A stretch of DNA of 32,000 bases from Candidatus Nanopusillus sp. (GCA_028275885.1 JAPWTW010000003.1:1-32000); one strand, 5' to 3'. Counted from the stretch's first letter, positions 8,419-18,237 are shown. Notes: generated by a model from the sequence alone, not told the origin. A program made the numbers and translations.

Positions 8419-9834
8419 TTATTTTGTAATTCTTATAATTAATCCATTAGAATATTTAACTCTATCCCAAATTAAATATCTATATCTTAATTCTACTCTT
8501 GGTAATTCTATGTTTTTATATTCCTTTATATCTTTTGCTTCTAATGTATATGAAATAACTATTTCTTCATTTCTTCTTATATTGTCAAATTTCCAGTTCA
8601 AAGTATAGTTATTATCTACTTTATAAACAGATGATGGTTCTACAATTTTATATTCTTTTATTTTTAATGGTCCGTTTACCCTATCTATTAATTTAACTTG
8701 ATTTAATGGGAATATACTCTTATTTTTTATATTTATTGTTACATCTATTGTTTCTTTATCTAAATTAATCTTCAATATTTCTTTTGATATCTTTAAATTG
8801 TCTCTTAAGAATACATAAAATATTATAAATAATATTATTATTGTTGAAGCTATAATTTCAGCTAATAATATATAATTAAAGTTTTCATATATTATATAAG
8901 ATTGTCCTGGTAATAAAAATATATTATATATAGCATATTTAGATTCATTTATATTGCCAGTATAATATTGACTTGGATAAAATGTAGAAAATATTCCATA
9001 ATAATATTTTAAATAGTAAGTATAATTAATTGAATAATTGTAGGGATTTGTTATATTTATTATATATTTTAATCCTTCTTTAGTTATTTTTATTATTGGG
9101 GTTAAATTTAATTGAAAAACTGTGAAATTTAGATAATATGTATTATTATTTGAATATACTATTAATTGATGCTCTCCTATAGAAACATTATTCGATATAA
9201 ATATTGGAATTTGATATATATTTACTCCAGGAACTAATATTTCATTATAGAACGCTGAAAAATTAATATCAGAAGATATATTAATTGATAAATTTTGACT
9301 GAAATTATTTGGGTTATTTATTATTCCTATTAAATATATAAAGCTATTTTGAGCTACTGTTGAACTTGATAATTCAAAGTTTATTGATAATGGTAGAATA
9401 GTAGTTGAATTTGTTATAATTGGCTGATTATAATATAATACTGGAGTAAATTGAATTTTATTTGAATAATATTCTGAGGTAATATTTAGATTATGCAAAT
9501 ATATAACTATTTCTGGTATTTGATTAACAAAACCTAAAGGCCTCATATATATTTTTATTTCCTTTAATTGACCAGGATATAAGTATCCGGAAATCATTGT
9601 ATTATTTTCTCCTATAATAAAGAACCATTGAGAGGATAGTGAAGAAATACCATAATAATATGTATAATTTGTTGGATTATATATATTTATTTCATATACT
9701 GCATAACTATTTGGGTTTGATATATTAATTTGATTATTTATTACTACTGGATACCCAATTATTGGCTGCTGAGAATAAATTTCTAGCATAACTGATATAA
9801 TTAACATACCTAACAAAATTTTTTTCCAATCCAT
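8419..9834 (-). CDS. Predicted surface glycoprotein with signal peptide, one internal TM helix and a C-terminal beta-rich domain
   Basis: N-terminal signal-like MDWKKILLGMLIISVMLEIYSQQ. A long N/Y/S/I-rich region is dense in N-x-S/T sequons. The TM segment is LLAEIIASTIIILFIIFYVFL. The ~125-aa tail (LIDRVNGPLKIKEYKIVEPSS...YTLNWKFDNIRRNEEIVISYTLEAK) is reminiscent of DUF11/CARDB-type repeat domains. Confidence 0.6.
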   Translation of the reverse strand: MDWKKILLGMLIISVMLEIYSQQPIIGYPVVINNQINISNPNSYAVYEINIYNPTNYTYYYGISSLSSQWFFIIGENNTMISGYLYPGQLKEIKIYMRPLGFVNQIPEIVIYLHNLNITSEYYSNKIQFTPVLYYNQPIITNSTTILPLSINFELSSSTVAQNSFIYLIGIINNPNNFSQNLSINISSDINFSAFYNEILVPGVNIYQIPIFISNNVSIGEHQLIVYSNNNTYYLNFTVFQLNLTPIIKITKEGLKYIINITNPYNYSINYTYYLKYYYGIFSTFYPSQYYTGNINESKYAIYNIFLLPGQSYIIYENFNYILLAEIIASTIIILFIIFYVFLRDNLKISKEILKINLDKETIDVTINIKNKSIFPLNQVKLIDRVNGPLKIKEYKIVEPSSVYKVDNNYTLNWKFDNIRRNEEIVISYTLEAKDIKEYKNIELPRVELRYRYLIWDRVKYSNGLIIRITK

Positions 9835-9875
9835 GTATATTATGTTTTAATTTAAATATATAAATTATTGTATTC

Positions 9876-10676
9876 TTAACTATATATTAAACCTATTAGG
9901 CTAACTATTATTGCTATACTACCAAGCATATAGTTAATATAATATATTTTTTTACTTTTTGCTAATTTCATTAAAATACCAATAGTTAAATAACCTACAA
10001 TAAATGAAACAACTATTGCAGTTAAAATTCCATGATATCCTATATTAGATACTACATATATAATATTAGATTTAGAAGCTAATATAGTTAGAAAGAAAGC
10101 TCCGAGAGCTGCTGGTATATATAAAATATATGAAAGGGAAAAAGCAAATTTTGGATCATATTTCATTAATAACATAGTAGATGTTGTAATTCCAGATCTA
10201 CTAACACCAGGTAGAACAGCAAGCCCTTGTGAAATTCCAATAATTATTGTATCTCTTAAATTAAGATCTTTTTTATCTTTTATTTTTATCTTATTTCTTG
10301 TATAATATATATAGATACCATCTAAAATAAGTATTAATCCCAAAATTATCATTGGTATAGATGGATTATATACATTTTCTAATAATTTATCAGAAATAAT
10401 ATATAAAGGAGCGCCAACTAATCCTGTAAAAATTATTGCAATAATTATATAGTATAACATTTTTTTATCTTTTAATATTTGGTATATATCTTTCTTAAAG
10501 TATGATAAAGCAGAAAATACTGTTCCAATTTCCATAAATAATCCAAATGTATATCCAATTGATGGATTAATATTTAATAAATAATTTGAAGCTATTAGAA
10601 TTTGTGTTTTACTACTTATTGGCAACCATTCACTGACACCTTGAATTATTCCCAATATTATTGGATATAAATCCAT
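9876..10676 (-). CDS. uppP: Undecaprenyl-diphosphatase (BacA/UppP family)
   Basis: Polytopic membrane protein with both family motifs: GIIQGVSEWLPISSKTQ and LAVLPGVSRSGITTST. Confidence 0.9.
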   Translation of the reverse strand: MDLYPIILGIIQGVSEWLPISSKTQILIASNYLLNINPSIGYTFGLFMEIGTVFSALSYFKKDIYQILKDKKMLYYIIIAIIFTGLVGAPLYIISDKLLENVYNPSIPMIILGLILILDGIYIYYTRNKIKIKDKKDLNLRDTIIIGISQGLAVLPGVSRSGITTSTMLLMKYDPKFAFSLSYILYIPAALGAFFLTILASKSNIIYVVSNIGYHGILTAIVVSFIVGYLTIGILMKLAKSKKIYYINYMLGSIAIIVSLIGLIYS

Positions 10677-10728
10677 TTTTCATACTTTATTAAAATACCT
10701 TTAAAAACTTTATTAAAAAAAATAGTTT

Positions 10729-11514
10729 ATGATTAGAAATTATATATTATCATTAATTTTGTATATAGAATCTTCTATAGCTTTATACTTTTCTTATATA
10801 TATTTCTTAGATTTAATAAATAATTTATTATATTCAACAATAAATTATGTTCTTTTATTTATCTTATCAATTAGTTTATTATCTTTTTTAATAACATTTT
10901 ATTTAGGAACATATTTTTCAAGAGAAATAAAAAATAAAACCTTCTATTTAATTATTGGAATTATATATTATGTTATTGGTCTCTTACTATTTAATAATTT
11001 TATAAACATATATATAACGATTTCTCTATTCTTTATATTTAAAATAATAAAAAAGGAATATTCTTTTTTTGCAATGTTAATCTATTTTCTATCTATCTTA
11101 CTCGTTGTTCTTAATAATTCAATATTTATTAATATAATAAATCAATTTATACATAATAAGTTAGAAAATCTTTATATTTCAAACATTAAAGATCTATATC
11201 AAATGTATGAATATCAATTATTAAATACATATATTGGTGGTTATAAGACAGCAATAAATATTTTAGAAAATGAAGGAGATACAAATGGAGCATATATATT
11301 GTATAACAATTTGGCATATGTAAACCAAACTTTCTTAAATAACTTAAATTCTACAATAAATGAATATCTAAGTCAGTATAATCAAACTATTAATTATAAT
11401 TTAGAAAGCATTATAAATAATTTCTCATTTGAAATAAATGTATCAATTGCCCTACTCTTTATTACTTTGTTTGGAATATTTTTAGAAATTAATAAAAGAG
11501 TGGAAGGTTTATAA
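10729..11514 (+). CDS. Hypothetical polytopic membrane protein with an N-x-S/T-rich extracytoplasmic segment
   Basis: ATG ORF with about five hydrophobic helices, then a polar N/Y-rich segment (NQTFLNNLNSTINEYLSQYNQTINYN) and a final TM helix. No recognisable family. Confidence 0.5.
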   Translation: MIRNYILSLILYIESSIALYFSYIYFLDLINNLLYSTINYVLLFILSISLLSFLITFYLGTYFSREIKNKTFYLIIGIIYYVIGLLLFNNFINIYITISLFFIFKIIKKEYSFFAMLIYFLSILLVVLNNSIFINIINQFIHNKLENLYISNIKDLYQMYEYQLLNTYIGGYKTAINILENEGDTNGAYILYNNLAYVNQTFLNNLNSTINEYLSQYNQTINYNLESIINNFSFEINVSIALLFITLFGIFLEINKRVEGL

Positions 11515-11540
11515 ATCTTTCTATAATATAGTATATTTTT

Positions 11541-11855
11541 ATGAAATTTTGTCCAAAATGTGGAAGCTTAATGAAAAAAGAAAATAACTATTTAGTATGT
11601 CCAAATTGTGGATATAAAGAGAAAATAAAAGATGCAGATTCTTTGTTAATTAAAGAAAATATAAATAAATCTTCAGAAATTACAATTATGGAAGAAAATT
11701 ATGATTTATATCCAATTGATAATGAAGTTATATGTCCTAGATGCGGAAACAAAGGAGCATATTTCTGGTCTATTCAAACAAGAGCTGGAGATGAAGGTGA
11801 AACAAAGTTTTATAGATGTATAAAGTGCGGATATACATGGAGAGTATATGATTGA
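11541..11855 (+). CDS. tfs: Transcription factor S (TFS) / RNA polymerase subunit M, TFIIS-type
   Basis: There are two zinc ribbons: CPKCG...CPNCG and CPRCG...CIKCG. The TFIIS acidic hairpin context is IQTRAGDEGETKFYRC. Confidence 0.9.
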   Translation: MKFCPKCGSLMKKENNYLVCPNCGYKEKIKDADSLLIKENINKSSEITIMEENYDLYPIDNEVICPRCGNKGAYFWSIQTRAGDEGETKFYRCIKCGYTWRVYD

Positions 11856-12357
11856 AAAAATAAAAGAATTAATATTAAGAATATTTTTTGGAGATGATTA
11901 TTTAAGCGATATACTATTTATAATATTTATATTTGTTGTATATTTTATTATTCAAATTATATATCCACCATTATTTTCAGTAATAGTAACTCCAAGTATG
12001 GAACATTATTATTTTAATTTCCAAAAATATGAACAATATAATATTACACAACAAGAATTCTCCCAATTTCCATATCCAAATGGATTGTATGTTGGAGATA
12101 TAATAATAATTTTGCCAATTAATGCACAATATTTAAAAATTGGCGATGTAATACTATACAAAGGAATATCAATATATAAAAATAAAGATATATTTCATAG
12201 AATAGTCGGTTATAATAATAGTAACTTTATAATTATGGGAGATAATAATCCTGAACCATTAATATTTGAAGGTGAAAATAATATGGATCCAAATAGGATT
12301 ATTGGAGTTGGAATATTAAGAATTCCTTTACTTGGATATATTAAGCTTTTGATTTAA
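11848..12357 (+). CDS. Signal peptidase I, archaeal/ER Sec11 type (S26B)
   Basis: N-terminal TM anchor followed by the conserved boxes: TPSMEH (Ser nucleophile), FHRIV (His), MGDNN and DPNRIIGVG. It overlaps the tfs stop by 8 nt. Confidence 0.8.
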   Translation: MIEKIKELILRIFFGDDYLSDILFIIFIFVVYFIIQIIYPPLFSVIVTPSMEHYYFNFQKYEQYNITQQEFSQFPYPNGLYVGDIIIILPINAQYLKIGDVILYKGISIYKNKDIFHRIVGYNNSNFIIMGDNNPEPLIFEGENNMDPNRIIGVGILRIPLLGYIKLLI

Positions 12358-13428
12358 TTTTCTATATATTTCCTTTATTTCATAATAAGAATCTTTCTTT
12401 GATAAATTTCTATTTAATATTCCAAATTTTGCATTATATCCAAAATCCCACTCATAATTATCCACTAAAGACCAAATAAAGTATCCCTTTATATTATATT
12501 TTTCTCTATTTTTTATAAAATAATATAAATATCTTTTAATAATTCTAACCCTTAAAAATTCATCTTCAGTATTTATTCCATTTTCTGTTATAAATATTGG
12601 CTTATCTAAATTCTTTAGAATATCATCTAATATAGATACACTAAAAGATGGTCTTCTCTCATTTATATCCCTTATACTTTTATATATGCCATAATAATTT
12701 ATTCCATAGAAATCTATTTCCTTTGGAAATACTAAATGAATATTTGAACTTATTATATCCTTTAATAAAAAGTTAAATGGTAATTTTAATAATGATAAAT
12801 TTTCTGTATATATTAAATAAACATTAAATTCTTTAGTTATTTTGTATAATTCTTTATTTGCATAAAATATATTATCTAATATTGCTATTGCATTCTTTAA
12901 ATCTTCTATTGAATTTACTTTTTTAAATGGAGGCCATTTACCAAATACATAAGAAGATAATATATATATCCATGGTTCATTAAATGATATAAAATATTTA
13001 ACTCCAAATTTTGAAAATGTATTAATTACAAAATATGAATAATCAATAAAATATTCTATGTTTTCTTTATTCTCCCATCCTCCCAAATTATAAAACCATA
13101 AAGGGTTAACATAATGCCATAAGGTTATAAATGGTTCTATATTATTTTTTATCAATTTATCTGTAAATTCTACATATTTTTTCATACTATGATAATCGAT
13201 CTTATCTTTATTTGGATATATCCTAGCCCAATCTATTGAAAATCTAAAAGCATTTACATTTAGATCAATTAATAATGGAATTATATCTAAATATTTTTCC
13301 CATAAATTACAAGCATTATCTATTTCTGGTAATTTTCCTTGTTTAATAAAGTAATACCAATCTTGATTATTATAATTTCCTTCGGTTTGAAACGATGATA
13401 TTGAGAACCCTAGATAAAACTTATCCAT
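12328..13428 (-). CDS. Glycoside hydrolase family 1 (beta-glucosidase/galactosidase-like), short form
   Basis: SSFQTEG near the N-terminus, acid/base motif FNEPW, nucleophile motif FITENG, and C-terminal WSLVDNYEWDFGYNAKFG. It is 366 aa, clearly shorter than typical GH1 enzymes. Confidence 0.85.
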   Translation of the reverse strand: MDKFYLGFSISSFQTEGNYNNQDWYYFIKQGKLPEIDNACNLWEKYLDIIPLLIDLNVNAFRFSIDWARIYPNKDKIDYHSMKKYVEFTDKLIKNNIEPFITLWHYVNPLWFYNLGGWENKENIEYFIDYSYFVINTFSKFGVKYFISFNEPWIYILSSYVFGKWPPFKKVNSIEDLKNAIAILDNIFYANKELYKITKEFNVYLIYTENLSLLKLPFNFLLKDIISSNIHLVFPKEIDFYGINYYGIYKSIRDINERRPSFSVSILDDILKNLDKPIFITENGINTEDEFLRVRIIKRYLYYFIKNREKYNIKGYFIWSLVDNYEWDFGYNAKFGILNRNLSKKDSYYEIKEIYRKLNQKLNISK

Positions 13429-14305
13429 ATACTTTTAATAATGTATATATACCATCATAAATTACTTCTCTATTATACCCGCCTTCTAATATATATATAA
13501 CCTTATTGAACCTTTTTAAATAATTAAAAATATATTCATATGATTTCAATGTGATATTAAATACTGATAATGGGTCCTTTTTATGCATATCAAATCCTAA
13601 AGATATTAATATAATTTCTGGATTTATTTCTTCAATTAGTGGAAATATTTTGCCATTTAATAAATCAATATAGTAATTATCATCTATATTAAAATCTAAT
13701 GGAAAATTAAAATAATTATTTCCAGATTCTAAACCAGTATTTGGATATATATTTTTTGCATGAGTAGATATATAATAAATATTTCTCTTATTTTCAATTA
13801 TATCCTGAGTTCCATTTCCATGATGTAAATCTATATCAAAGATTAATACATTTTTATATATTTTCCTTGCATACATTCCAGCGATTGCAACATTATTAAA
13901 TATACAGAATCCAAGAGTTTTATCACTATTTAATGGATTTTTCGGAACATGATGACCTGGAGGTCTTGTAGGTATAAAAATATATTTCTCATTTATTTCT
14001 ATACTTTCTAGCACACCTTCAACAGATTTAAGAATAGAATAAAACGATAGAGGGGATATATATGTATCAGAATCTAAATAAATAATTTTATTATTTTTAT
14101 AAGAATCTTTCCAGATCCTTTTTATCATCCTAATATATTTCCAACTATGTGCATAATTTATGTATTTATATATATCTTTTCTTATTTTTCCTATTTTTTT
14201 ATAATTATTTTTTATCAATTTTTTTATTACTAATAATCTTTTATTATTTTCTATATGATTTGGATCGTTATGATATAATAAATATTTTGAATATAGTATT
14301 AACAT
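13421..14305 (-). CDS. Histone deacetylase-family (arginase-fold) Zn-dependent deacetylase / AcuC-APAH-like
   Basis: RPPGHH, DIDLHHGNGTQDI, GFDMHKKDPL and EGGY: all catalytic and metal residues of the HDAC fold are present. Its stop overlaps the GH1 start by 8 nt. Confidence 0.9.
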   Translation of the reverse strand: MLILYSKYLLYHNDPNHIENNKRLLVIKKLIKNNYKKIGKIRKDIYKYINYAHSWKYIRMIKRIWKDSYKNNKIIYLDSDTYISPLSFYSILKSVEGVLESIEINEKYIFIPTRPPGHHVPKNPLNSDKTLGFCIFNNVAIAGMYARKIYKNVLIFDIDLHHGNGTQDIIENKRNIYYISTHAKNIYPNTGLESGNNYFNFPLDFNIDDNYYIDLLNGKIFPLIEEINPEIILISLGFDMHKKDPLSVFNITLKSYEYIFNYLKRFNKVIYILEGGYNREVIYDGIYTLLKVYG

Positions 14306-14338
14306 AACATTATAATAGTTTTTTGTAATAAAAATATT

Positions 14339-15661
14339 ATGTATAATTGTATAATGATTGGTATTGACGAGATATGGACAAAATCTGAAAAAATAAAGAA
14401 AAAAATGATAAATATGTTAATAAATGATATTAAAAATAGAATAAATTTTGATAAAATAGAAAATAGAAGAGGTAGAATAATAATATGGGGTTATAAAGAG
14501 GAATGGATAAACATATTAAGAAATATTCCAGGAATAAAAAACATATATCCATCTATTTATTTTGAGACATCTATAGAAAATATAAAAAAATATTCTTTAG
14601 AATTTTTCAGCAATTTTATAGGAAATATCAACAAATTTAAGATATCTACAAAGAGGATTGATAAAAACTTCCCTTATAGATCTATAGAAGTTAATAAAAT
14701 TGTTGGAGAAGAAATATTAAATAAATATAAATTAAAAGTTGATGTAAAAAATCCAGAAAAAATATTATATATTGAAATTCATCAAGACTATACGTTTATT
14801 TATGATAAAATAATTAATGGACTTGGAGGATTACCAGAGGGATCTGAAGGTAGAGGAATTTTACTATTTTCAGGCGGATCTGATTCATCAGTAGCTGCAT
14901 ATATTATTTCAAAAAGAGGATTAAAAATAGATTTTTTATTTATTAACATTGCTGGAGATGTTTATTTACAGTATGTATATAATGTATATAATAAATTAAA
15001 AGAATATTTTCCAAATTCAAAATTATATGTATATAATTTAGATATAGGTCATTTATTTAATGTAAGGGAAGGATATAGACAAATATTATTTAAAGTAATA
15101 ATATATAAACTTGCAGAAAAATTCGCAAGGAAAAATAATTATGATTGTATAATTACGGGAGAATCTCTGGGACAAGTTTCTTCACAAACAATTGATTCAT
15201 TAAAAGTATTAGATAGTCTTGTAGATATTTTAGTATTAAGACCATTAATTGGATTTAATAAAAATGAAATATTGGAATTATCAAAGAAAATTGGTGTATA
15301 TGATATAAGAGCACCAGAAATATGTAAAATTGAAAATTATCCAACAACAAAACCAAAAATAGATATTGTAATTTCTGAATTAAATAAATTAAATATAAAT
15401 TTTGATAATGAAATTAAAAAGATTAGAGAAATTAATAATATAAATATTGAAGAATTCAATTTGAAAATTCCAGATAAAAAAGATCTAATAATTATAAAGT
15501 CTGAAGAATTTTCTAAGTATAATTTCGAAAAGGGTAAGAAATATCTATTAATATGTAAAAATGGCGTACTATCTAAATATTTTGCTAAGAGATTAAGAGA
15601 TATAGGAATAGAAGCATATTATATGGATGAAAAAACTGCAAAAATGTTAAAATACATATAA
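14339..15661 (+). CDS. thiI: tRNA 4-thiouridine synthase ThiI (THUMP + PP-loop ATPase + C-terminal rhodanese-like domain)
   Basis: PP-loop LLFSGGSDSSVAAY, ITGESLGQVSSQT, and a conserved Cys context (EICKIENYPTTKP). The C-terminal ~65 aa carry a rhodanese-like active-site loop (YLLICKNGVLS). Confidence 0.85.
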   Translation: MYNCIMIGIDEIWTKSEKIKKKMINMLINDIKNRINFDKIENRRGRIIIWGYKEEWINILRNIPGIKNIYPSIYFETSIENIKKYSLEFFSNFIGNINKFKISTKRIDKNFPYRSIEVNKIVGEEILNKYKLKVDVKNPEKILYIEIHQDYTFIYDKIINGLGGLPEGSEGRGILLFSGGSDSSVAAYIISKRGLKIDFLFINIAGDVYLQYVYNVYNKLKEYFPNSKLYVYNLDIGHLFNVREGYRQILFKVIIYKLAEKFARKNNYDCIITGESLGQVSSQTIDSLKVLDSLVDILVLRPLIGFNKNEILELSKKIGVYDIRAPEICKIENYPTTKPKIDIVISELNKLNINFDNEIKKIREINNINIEEFNLKIPDKKDLIIIKSEEFSKYNFEKGKKYLLICKNGVLSKYFAKRLRDIGIEAYYMDEKTAKMLKYI

Positions 15662-15702
15662 CTCTGTTATCCTTATAAGTCTTTCTCTTAATATAATAAG
15701 TC

Positions 15703-16542
15703 ATGAATATAGGTGAATATATTAAAATAGCAGATTATAATGATATAAAAAATATTACGGAATTTATTAGAAAAAATATTAAAGAAAATAGATTTTATTT
15801 TGATTTTGAAGAAAATGGAGAAAATTCGTATAAGATTTATAAAGAAGAATATGTAAAAGATTTGATAAATAAAGGAGATATTATTCTTTTATACATAATA
15901 GATAATTATGTGGCCGGACTATCTCACTGGACATATAAGGGTGAAATACTATATAATGTTTACACTGTTGTTGATAATAATCATTCTAATAAAGGAATTG
16001 CAAAAAAACTTTATTATTATTTCTTACAACAAAACGCACCTGTAGCCACAGATTTTGTTATATATTTACCAACTTCAAGCAAGATATTTAGAATATGGAA
16101 AAATTATGGAATAAGAATTTCCGGTTTTGCTTCATCTTTTATATATAGAGATAATGAAAACAATCCATACACAACAATTATTGGAAATAGATCAAATGAT
16201 AAAGTATTAAAATTAAAGATACCAAAATATTCTGAAGAATTCTTTAAAAAATTATGTATACTGAATAATTTAGATTGTAAAATCTATTCATCTGAATATA
16301 AAAGAAATGAAAATAATGAAAAATATCCAAAATTAATATATACAACAAATATGGAAGAATATGAAAGAAGAGGATATTATTTAACCGGATTTTTATATAA
16401 TAATGGTCAGATAATTTATGCATATTCAAGTAAAGTAGATAAAAACGTAAAAGAACCATTTGAAAAATTTTTTAATGATTTAGGACAAGAAGAAATGAAA
16501 AGGGCTATATTAGAATATATTGATAACTTATATAAACTATGA
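15703..16542 (+). CDS. Hypothetical protein with probable N-terminal GNAT acetyltransferase fold
   Basis: IILLYIIDNYVAGLSHW...VYTVVDNNHSNKGIAKKLYYYFLQ resembles GNAT beta4-alpha3 motif A (x-x-G-x-A). The C-terminal ~130 aa are unassignable. ATGA overlap with the next gene. Confidence 0.45.
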   Translation: MNIGEYIKIADYNDIKNITEFIRKNIKENRFYFDFEENGENSYKIYKEEYVKDLINKGDIILLYIIDNYVAGLSHWTYKGEILYNVYTVVDNNHSNKGIAKKLYYYFLQQNAPVATDFVIYLPTSSKIFRIWKNYGIRISGFASSFIYRDNENNPYTTIIGNRSNDKVLKLKIPKYSEEFFKKLCILNNLDCKIYSSEYKRNENNEKYPKLIYTTNMEEYERRGYYLTGFLYNNGQIIYAYSSKVDKNVKEPFEKFFNDLGQEEMKRAILEYIDNLYKL

Positions 16543-17351
16543 GCCTTGATAAGATTATGATGGATAATGAAAAAAAAGAAGTTATATTTTTGTTAGGAGC
16601 TACTGGCGGTATTGGTAAATTGTTGGCAAAAGAATTAAAGAAAAATGGATATATTGTTGTTGGAAATGGGAGAAAAGAAGACATACTAATTAGTATGAAA
16701 AATAAGGGGGATATTGATGATTATATAGTTGGAGATTTAACAAAAGATAGTGATAGAAAAAAGATAATAGAAAAAATAAAAGAATACAAATATAAAGGAT
16801 ATAAAGTAAAAATATTCTATAATTTAGGAATTTTACATGCTTATTCTGGAGAATTTAAGAATTATACAAATGATATGATAGAAAATTCATATAAAACAAA
16901 TGTAATTTCTATAGAAGAAATGGATAGAGAATTAGAAGAAAATGACCTCTATTTAGATACAATTTACATGGTATCAATATCTGCATTTTATAGAGGAAAT
17001 TGGGATCCTGAATATCAAAAAACAAAAGCTGCTCTTAAAGCACATGCTGAACTACAAATATTTAATAGCCATGGTAGAAGAATTATTGCTCTATTTCCAG
17101 ATACTATTAAAACTGGAGAAGAAGGAATGGGGAGTAAATTAAAAGATTATCCAAAAATACCTGGAGAACTATTTGCAAGAAAGGTTGTTGAAATTATAAA
17201 TGGAAAATACAAAGAATATTCTGGCTTTATGTTTGAAATAAATAACAATAATAAAGTTATATTATATGGATTGAATCCATCAAAGATTACAGGAGCATTT
17301 GAATATCATGAAAGAAAGTCTCTTGAAGAAATTGGAGAAGCTATTTATTAA
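16539..17351 (+). CDS. Short-chain dehydrogenase/reductase (SDR) family protein
   Basis: Rossmann motif LLGATGGIGKLLAKEL and catalytic YxxxK (YQKTKAALKA) at SDR-typical spacing. Confidence 0.75.
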   Translation: MSLDKIMMDNEKKEVIFLLGATGGIGKLLAKELKKNGYIVVGNGRKEDILISMKNKGDIDDYIVGDLTKDSDRKKIIEKIKEYKYKGYKVKIFYNLGILHAYSGEFKNYTNDMIENSYKTNVISIEEMDRELEENDLYLDTIYMVSISAFYRGNWDPEYQKTKAALKAHAELQIFNSHGRRIIALFPDTIKTGEEGMGSKLKDYPKIPGELFARKVVEIINGKYKEYSGFMFEINNNNKVILYGLNPSKITGAFEYHERKSLEEIGEAIY

Positions 17352-17370
17352 TTTTTATTAATATTTTTTA

Positions 17371-18237
17371 ATGATAATAATACCAGTTGCATATGACTCA
17401 TTTTCAACAAGATCTATGGCAACAATTGTTAAAACCAATATTAAAATATTTATAGATCCGTCTATTGCAATTGCTCCTTATAGATACGGTCTAAAACCAC
17501 ATAAAATTGAATTAGAAGAATTAAAAAATAGAAGAAAAGAAATAATTAAATTATCAAAAGATATTGATTTAATAATTATTACACATTATCATTGGGATCA
17601 CTGTCCAAACCCAAAAGAAGAACATTTCAAGATATTATTTAATAAAAAATTGATTATAAAAGATTTTAATAATCACATAAATAATTCTCAAAGAAGAAGA
17701 GGAAAAAATGTATATGAAAAATTAAAGAATAAATCTGAAATATATATCGGAGATAGTAAAGTATTTGAATTTAATAATACATATATAGAAATTTCTCCCC
17801 CATTATTTCATGGGGTAGAAAATTCGGTTTTAGGATATGTTATTGGTGCGTACATAGAATATAAAAACAAATCTTTGTTTTTTGGATCTGATATACAAGG
17901 TATTTTAACAGATTTTACACTAAATTATATAATAGAAAAAAATCCAGATTATATAATACTATCTGGTCCTCCTTTTTATCATACAAAGTGGAATATTTTA
18001 TATAACGAAATATTTTACAAAAATATCGAAAGATTATTAGAGAATACAAAGATTAGTAAAGTAATAATTGACCATCATATAGCTAGATCTATGAATTATA
18101 TAGAAATCTTAAGTAATTTAAATGAAATTGGAAAAAATTATGGTACAGAGTTTTTATCTGCTGCAGATTACTTAAATATTAAAAATATACAACTGGAAGC
18201 AAACAGAGAATTATTATATAAATATTATAATGAATAG
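17371..18237 (+). CDS. Metallo-beta-lactamase-fold protein (archaeal UPF0282-like)
   Basis: HxHxDH-type motif ITHYHWDHC. The N-terminus PVAYDSFSTRSMATIVKT...IDPSIAIAPYRYGLKPH resembles the archaeal UPF0282 family. Confidence 0.7.
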   Translation: MIIIPVAYDSFSTRSMATIVKTNIKIFIDPSIAIAPYRYGLKPHKIELEELKNRRKEIIKLSKDIDLIIITHYHWDHCPNPKEEHFKILFNKKLIIKDFNNHINNSQRRRGKNVYEKLKNKSEIYIGDSKVFEFNNTYIEISPPLFHGVENSVLGYVIGAYIEYKNKSLFFGSDIQGILTDFTLNYIIEKNPDYIILSGPPFYHTKWNILYNEIFYKNIERLLENTKISKVIIDHHIARSMNYIEILSNLNEIGKNYGTEFLSAADYLNIKNIQLEANRELLYKYYNE

